Below are positions 63,660-64,000 of a stretch of 64,000 nt of DNA, piece after piece. Origin of the DNA: a virus (taxonomy: Duplodnaviria; Caudoviricetes); IMG/VR virus record IMGVR_UViG_2863283106_000001, positions 32,001 through 96,000 of that record; one strand, 5' to 3'. The notes under the pieces were generated by a model. That model made no database searches, was not told the origin of the DNA, and worked only from the letters and a program-made list of their open reading frames with translations. The stretch's first letter is position 1, and every line of letters begins with the position of its first letter. A program made the position numbers and the translations under genes.

Positions 63660-64000
63660 TCACGGCTCGTTGCGCTGGACCCACTGGGTGTCAAGCTCGA
63701 ACAGGGCTGCGGCGAACGCGTCCGTGCCCGGGGTGGCGTCCAGGCGGGCGAGCTGCTCGCGGCCGCTGGGGACGGCGTGGGTGACTCCATCGGTGTCGGT
63801 GTAGGCGTACGCCTCGCGGGCCGCTACGGTCGCGCACAGCTCGGCGTACTCGATCTCTCCGCGGCACTCGTCCGGCACGCCGAGCGCGTCCGCCTGTCCG
63901 TCGACCCATCCGTCATGCCACGCGACCGTGCCCGGGTCGCTGCCGTCGCCGACGGCGTTCGAGTAGGTGGGGACCTTGCTGTCACCCAGGGCGGCCACGC
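63660..64000 (-). CDS. Hypothetical protein, 5' end probably outside the window
   Basis: Acidic ORF running to the window edge. Confidence 0.5.
   Translation of the reverse strand, partial: VAALGDSKVPTYSNAVGDGSDPGTVAWHDGWVDGQADALGVPDECRGEIEYAELCATVAAREAYAYTDTDGVTHAVPSGREQLARLDATPGTDAFAAALFELDTQWVQRNEP

Overview
This is a very GC-rich, Streptomyces-like mobile element that mixes phage and conjugative-plasmid genes. No tRNA, rRNA or CRISPR array was seen. The left part (1-27 kb, minus strand) is an HK97-type head module: portal-MuF fusion, thermonuclease, a ~5,720-aa multidomain protein with an SF1/UvrD helicase core, an Rmf-like small protein, a prohead protease-NUDIX fusion and the major capsid protein. 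It runs straight into a metallophosphoesterase, and no tail module is visible in the window. At 27-33 kb is an island with a D-Ala-D-Ala ligase, a C39-like peptidase, a MurF C-terminal domain and a WhiJ-like HTH/DUF397/ATPase regulator set. The rest holds a Cre-like recombinase, a string of small phage-like genes, a TraB/FtsK translocase with an Spd-like protein, the large terminase, an HNH nuclease, a VUT transporter with a DpdA/TGT-like enzyme, a degenerate second terminase ATPase domain and a C5 methyltransferase. Three dispersed cis-motif families stand out: about 14 CGCGACRY(T)AA-N14/15-(-10) promoters, 7 covarying GG-AGAGCA(A)-CC leader hairpins and 4 TGTAAC-N16/17-CGT promoters. All protein assignments come from recognising motifs by eye; no database search was run.
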